Positions 16,496 to 19,994 of a DNA stretch of 19,994 nucleotides are shown here, piece after piece. This DNA is from a virus (taxonomy: Duplodnaviria; Heunggongvirae; Uroviricota; Caudoviricetes). The stretch is from IMG/VR virus record IMGVR_UViG_2695420538_000013; one strand, written 5' to 3'. Each line of letters opens with the position of its first letter. Position 1 is the first letter of the stretch. A model generated the notes under the pieces. It saw only the letters and a list, made by a program, of their open reading frames with translations, ran no database searches and had not been told where the DNA came from. The translations under genes were made by a program, and so were the position numbers.

Positions 16496-16552
16496 TTTAA
16501 ATGTTGGAATCGCAACGTAGTTATTATCATATAACAGCTTGTTTCCTGATTT

Positions 16553-16582
16553 AGCCAGCCTCCCCAAAGGCTGGTTTTTTTC
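16553..16582 (+). terminator. Rho-independent terminator (tR'-like) downstream of Q and its promoter region
   Basis: AGCCAGCC, loop TCCCCAAA, GGCTGG, followed by a T7 run (16575-16581). Confidence 0.7.
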
Positions 16583-16609
16583 TAATAAGTATTATTTCGG
16601 GTAGGGATT

Positions 16610-17134
16610 TTATTGTTTAACCCATAATAATTCATTGACATTGAATCCCAACTTTTGAGCGGTTCGCACATAGTCTGCTTTTACTTTATCTGGAATAGTT
16701 GGGGTCCTTGCCAGAATCCATAGGTATTCTCTGTTCGGACCACTGACAAGAGCATACTTATACTCATCATCCAGTTTGATTACATTATAGCCACCATAGA
16801 AGGGGCCAAAAAACGAAACCTTCAACGCTGCAGTTTTAGTATCTCCAGTAAAGTATGCTTTACCTTCGCTCTCGCTCCATTTATTTTTCGTTGGATCGTA
16901 TCCACGGTTAAGTACACGAATCCCTCCGTCGTTCCGTTTTCCATAGGTAGCGCTGACCTGTTCCAGACCACGTTCGAACCGGTTCTCGAGGCGAGCTATT
17001 TCATACCATTTTCCGAGGTAGCGGTTGGCGTCAAAATTTGTAATCGGCTGCACACCTTTAGGTGGTGTCGGGGCCTTACATGCTATAAGAGTGAAAGAGA
17101 GTGCAATGCCAGTCAACACAGGCCATAACTTCAT
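16610..17134 (-). CDS. Bacterial lipocalin (Blc-like) outer-membrane lipoprotein
   Basis: 174 aa with lipoprotein signal and lipobox LIAC (MKLWPVLTGIALSFTLIACKAP). Lipocalin motifs NFDANRYLGKWYEIARLENRFERG and KVSFFGPFYGGYNVIKLD. Diverged from, not identical to, my recollection of chromosomal Blc. Confidence 0.85.
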   Translation of the reverse strand: MKLWPVLTGIALSFTLIACKAPTPPKGVQPITNFDANRYLGKWYEIARLENRFERGLEQVSATYGKRNDGGIRVLNRGYDPTKNKWSESEGKAYFTGDTKTAALKVSFFGPFYGGYNVIKLDDEYKYALVSGPNREYLWILARTPTIPDKVKADYVRTAQKLGFNVNELLWVKQ

Positions 17135-17326
17135 AATAAATCCTGTACTTTTGATAGTTGAGAGTAAGTATGAAAGATAGATGATTACGACCGATCACTT
17201 AAAGAACTTTCATACTATATTAGGAATAGTCTATAACAGAAAAATTGTCAGTGATGACGCCAGAAAGGCAATTTATTCCGTGCACTACACAGTTTATGTG
17301 TTAATGAATTAGTCAAGGGGGAGAAT

Positions 17327-18286
17327 ATGATAAAAAAACCTGTGATTGGAATCAGCGGTTGTTTGGCCGGCTCTGCTGTTCGTTTTGATGGTGGTCACAA
17401 AAGAGCTGACTTTTTAATGGACAAATTAGTGGAATGGGTAACATTCAGACCAGTATGTCCGGAAATGGCTATAGGGCTGCCAGTTCCGCGTCCTGCTCTA
17501 CGTCTTGTGCGCTCGACGCAAGGAAATATACGGATGTGTTTCAGCCACGACCAGAATGAGGATGTGACAGAGAGAATGACAGAGTTTAGTCGTTCTTATA
17601 TGGACAAATTAAAGGATGTATCGGGGTTTGTGGTTTGTGCTAAATCTCCCAGCTGTGGCATGGAGCGCGTGCGTGTCTATGATGAAAATGGTAATCGAGG
17701 TCGTAAAGATGGAGTGGGACTATTTACGAGCACTTTGATGGAAAAGTTTTCCTGGCTACCGGTTGAAGAGGATGGGCGATTACATGATCCAGTGCTTCGT
17801 GAGAATTTTGTTGAAAGAGTTTTTGCTTTGCATGAGCTCAATCACCTTTACAAGGAGAAATTATCAAGAAGAGAGTTATTAGCTTTTCATAGTCGTTATA
17901 AGCTTCAGTTGTTGGCGCATAGTCAGGCAGGCTATAAAGATATGGGACCATTTGTGGCTGCAATACACGAGTGGGCGGACCTTGAATCATACTTTGAGGT
18001 GTATCGTGATAAGCTGATGGCGATTCTCAGAAAACCTGCATCACGTAAAAATCACACGAATGTGCTGATGCATATACAGGGGTATTTTAGTAACTACTTA
18101 AGTACACGCCAGCGTAAAGAGTTGAGCGAGGTTATACTTAACTATCGTTCTGGCACATTACCTCTTCTTGCGCCGTTGACTCTGCTGAAGCATTATCTGG
18201 GTGAGTATCCTAATGATTACTTGCTTACACAGAATTACTTCGATCCCTATCCGGACGAACTGGCTCTAAGACTGATGGTAAATTAA
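17327..18286 (+). CDS. DUF523 (TudS-type Fe-S desulfidase) fused to DUF1722 (YbgA-like) protein; candidate RudS-like thionucleoside/tRNA desulfidase
   Basis: 319 aa with AAGGGGGAG Shine-Dalgarno. N-terminal half has conserved Cys residues (GISGCLAGS, VCPEMAIGLP, VVCAKSPSCGMERV) as in DUF523; C-terminal half resembles YbgA/DUF1722. Domain assignment from memory, not a search. Confidence 0.75.
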   Translation: MIKKPVIGISGCLAGSAVRFDGGHKRADFLMDKLVEWVTFRPVCPEMAIGLPVPRPALRLVRSTQGNIRMCFSHDQNEDVTERMTEFSRSYMDKLKDVSGFVVCAKSPSCGMERVRVYDENGNRGRKDGVGLFTSTLMEKFSWLPVEEDGRLHDPVLRENFVERVFALHELNHLYKEKLSRRELLAFHSRYKLQLLAHSQAGYKDMGPFVAAIHEWADLESYFEVYRDKLMAILRKPASRKNHTNVLMHIQGYFSNYLSTRQRKELSEVILNYRSGTLPLLAPLTLLKHYLGEYPNDYLLTQNYFDPYPDELALRLMVN

Positions 18287-18637
18287 TTGTATGCGATATC
18301 ATCCAAAAGGATGAGTTCCTGCATGCAGGATATTTACAATCGTAAAAACTACACTATGATACCCAGAGTGTCAGTTTGTATAAAAACTCTGTTTACGCTG
18401 AAGAAACCATTGAGATGCAACTTAAAGTTGGTAAACATGCCAGTCAAAATATATAATATTATGATTCCACGCAGCTATATATAATATAACAGATTGGTTT
18501 AATAATTTGTCTTTGTGAGTTAAATACATAATTTTATACTTGTGATGCAATGAGATTTTCCTTATTGTTGAACTGGCGAATATTGATTTTCCACCTATAC
18601 TTACCTGGTGTAACCCCAATGATATCAGGTGGATAAT

Positions 18638-19369
18638 ATGCCATACATATGTTCTATCATTTTGGTGTTGAACTCGTTTGATGTCCGAATTGGTAAAGAA
18701 GATATTTTGTTTAAAAAAGGAAGTGCTGTTCTCATTGATTACAATTTAAAAGATTTTTTTTCATCAAATATAGATCATGTAATGATCGTAGATGTTGAAG
18801 AGAAAACAGTTAATGATTTCTTTAAAAGCAACACACTCTCACCTTTTTCTGTAAGAAGGTTTTATCCGGCATACTTGATGGTGGAATGTGAAGATTTTTC
18901 ATTGTTAAAGAACTTGATTGCATGCTTGAATTGTGATGGCAGAACTGTGGATTTTGTTAGAAATCAAATATCACTTGCATGTCTTGCTATCTTATCTTCA
19001 GAGAAAATAGTGCAAAGTTTTTTATTTGGATGTCTTAATAGTTTAGGAAGTAAAGTTAAGGCTATTATTCACACGGATATATCTGCAGCATGGAGACTTT
19101 GTGATATATCTTCAAGACTGTATCTGAGTGAAAGTCTGTTAAAAAGAAAATTAAAGCACGAAGGCTTATCATTTAGTAAGTTAATTCTTGAAGAGCGAAT
19201 GGTGATGGCGGAAAGGTTATTAAGCTACAATTTATATTCTGTTGGAAAAGTTGCTGAGATATGCGGTTATGAAAACACGTCATATTTTGTGAGTGTTTTC
19301 AGAAGATATTTTGGTGTTCCTCCCCATCAATATTCATCAAGACTTTTTTTAGAAAAAGACATGATGTAA
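18638..19369 (+). CDS. AraC-family transcriptional regulator, AppY/EnvY-like, in AT-rich DNA
   Basis: From MPYICSIILVLNSFDV... (AGGTGG Shine-Dalgarno 5 nt upstream; the track ORF begins at GTG 18629). C-terminal AraC double HTH (WRLCDISSRLYLSESLLKRKLKHEGLSFSKL...VAEICGYENTSYFVSVFRRYFGVPP). N-terminus resembles what I recall of AppY. Confidence 0.8.
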   Translation: MPYICSIILVLNSFDVRIGKEDILFKKGSAVLIDYNLKDFFSSNIDHVMIVDVEEKTVNDFFKSNTLSPFSVRRFYPAYLMVECEDFSLLKNLIACLNCDGRTVDFVRNQISLACLAILSSEKIVQSFLFGCLNSLGSKVKAIIHTDISAAWRLCDISSRLYLSESLLKRKLKHEGLSFSKLILEERMVMAERLLSYNLYSVGKVAEICGYENTSYFVSVFRRYFGVPPHQYSSRLFLEKDMM

Positions 19370-19557
19370 CGTGATGCGTTTTAATGATTTTGTAATTTTC
19401 GTATTTGATAATTGTATGATGCTTTCAGCTACGCCAGAATAATCGCTGGCGTTTTTCTTTTTGAATAGATGTTCAAGCCTTACGCTAATGTAACTTCTAT
19501 ACCTTTCCTCTTCGTTCCGAACCGTGTACACCATCCGTTATTTGCGGAGGTGAGGCT

Positions 19558-19773
19558 ATGAAATCCATGGATAAGTTAACAACGGGCATTGCCTACGGCA
19601 CCTCCGCAGGCAGTGCTGGCTACTGGTTTTTACAGCTGCTCGATAAAGTCACGCCCTCACAGTGGGCAGCAATAGGTGTGCTGGGTAGCTTGGTATTTGG
19701 CTTGCTGACGTACCTGACAAACCTTTATTTCAAGATTAAAGAAGATAAGCGCAAGGCTGCGAGAGGTGAATAA
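19558..19773 (+). CDS. Phage 21-type class II holin (pinholin S21-like)
   Basis: 71 aa [71 protein letters not shown]. Dual-start MKSM motif, two TM segments, GGAGGTG Shine-Dalgarno. Confidence 0.9.
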   Translation: MKSMDKLTTGIAYGTSAGSAGYWFLQLLDKVTPSQWAAIGVLGSLVFGLLTYLTNLYFKIKEDKRKAARGE

Positions 19774-19994
19774 TGCCTCCATCATTACGAAAAGCCGTTG
19801 CTGCTGCTATTGGTGGCGGAGCAATTGCTATAGCATCAGTGTTAATCACTGGCTCAAGTGGTAACGATGGTCTGGAGGGTGTCAGCTACATACCATACAA
19901 AGATATTGTTGGTGTATGGACTGTATGTCACGGGCATACAGGAAAAGACATCATGCTCGGTAAAACGTATACCAAAGCAGAATGCAAAACACAC
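19773..19994 (+). CDS. SAR (signal-anchor-release) endolysin, R21-like lysozyme; 3' end beyond window
   Basis: [57 protein letters not shown]...: Gly/Ala-rich SAR domain then lysozyme N-terminus. Start overlaps the holin stop (TAATG). Confidence 0.9.
   Translation, partial: MPPSLRKAVAAAIGGGAIAIASVLITGSSGNDGLEGVSYIPYKDIVGVWTVCHGHTGKDIMLGKTYTKAECKTH

Noticed and set aside
18287-18619. ORFs 18287..18484(+) and 18422..18619(-) in the AT-rich spacer upstream of the AraC gene
   Set aside because: Low-complexity translations in AT-rich DNA without ribosome-binding sites; more likely a regulatory leader than coding.
19349-19534. 61-aa minus-strand ORF between the AraC gene and the holin
   Set aside because: AT-rich intergenic DNA, opposite orientation, no convincing start context.
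1-19994. tRNA, rRNA or other structured RNA genes
   Set aside because: No segment with tRNA-like cloverleaf features or rRNA-like composition was recognised. The integrase-adjacent tRNA target, if any, would lie outside the window (left of base 1).

Overview
This window reads as a lambdoid (DLP12 / phage 21-like) prophage of an Escherichia-type host, laid out in canonical order. From the left: a P4-type tyrosine integrase starts at base 1 and is split by an intact 1310-bp IS3-family element (IS629-like) with a 3-bp target duplication, followed by an AlpA-type excisionase and small early-accessory ORFs including a TraR/DksA zinc-finger protein. Next come the lambda Red genes exo, bet and gam on the minus strand, then the immunity region: an S24 CI repressor, divergent OL/pL and OR/pRM/pR operator-promoter regions, Cro, and a YdaT-like protein in the cII position. 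Replication genes O (with embedded palindromic iterons plus an A-rich tract) and P are followed by ren. An AT-rich cargo block carries emrE, the large serine recombinase ybcK, PEBP-family ybcL and AraC-family ybcM, then nin-region genes ylcH, ybcN, ninE, ybcO, a frameshifted rusA, ylcG and the Q antiterminator (quuD) with a downstream intrinsic terminator. Between Q and lysis sits a three-gene moron (Blc-like lipocalin lipoprotein, a DUF523/DUF1722 fusion, an AppY-like AraC regulator), and the window ends in a phage-21-type pinholin and a 3'-truncated SAR endolysin. No tRNA, rRNA or CRISPR array was seen. The most interesting signals are the absence of any N-like antiterminator ORF in the pL operon alongside an rrn-type boxA just after cro, the Q-to-lysis moron, the IS-inactivated integrase, the rusA frameshift, and several perfect inverted repeats in the intergenic DNA of the cargo block. 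All protein identifications come from reading the supplied translations against remembered family sequences; no database search was run.
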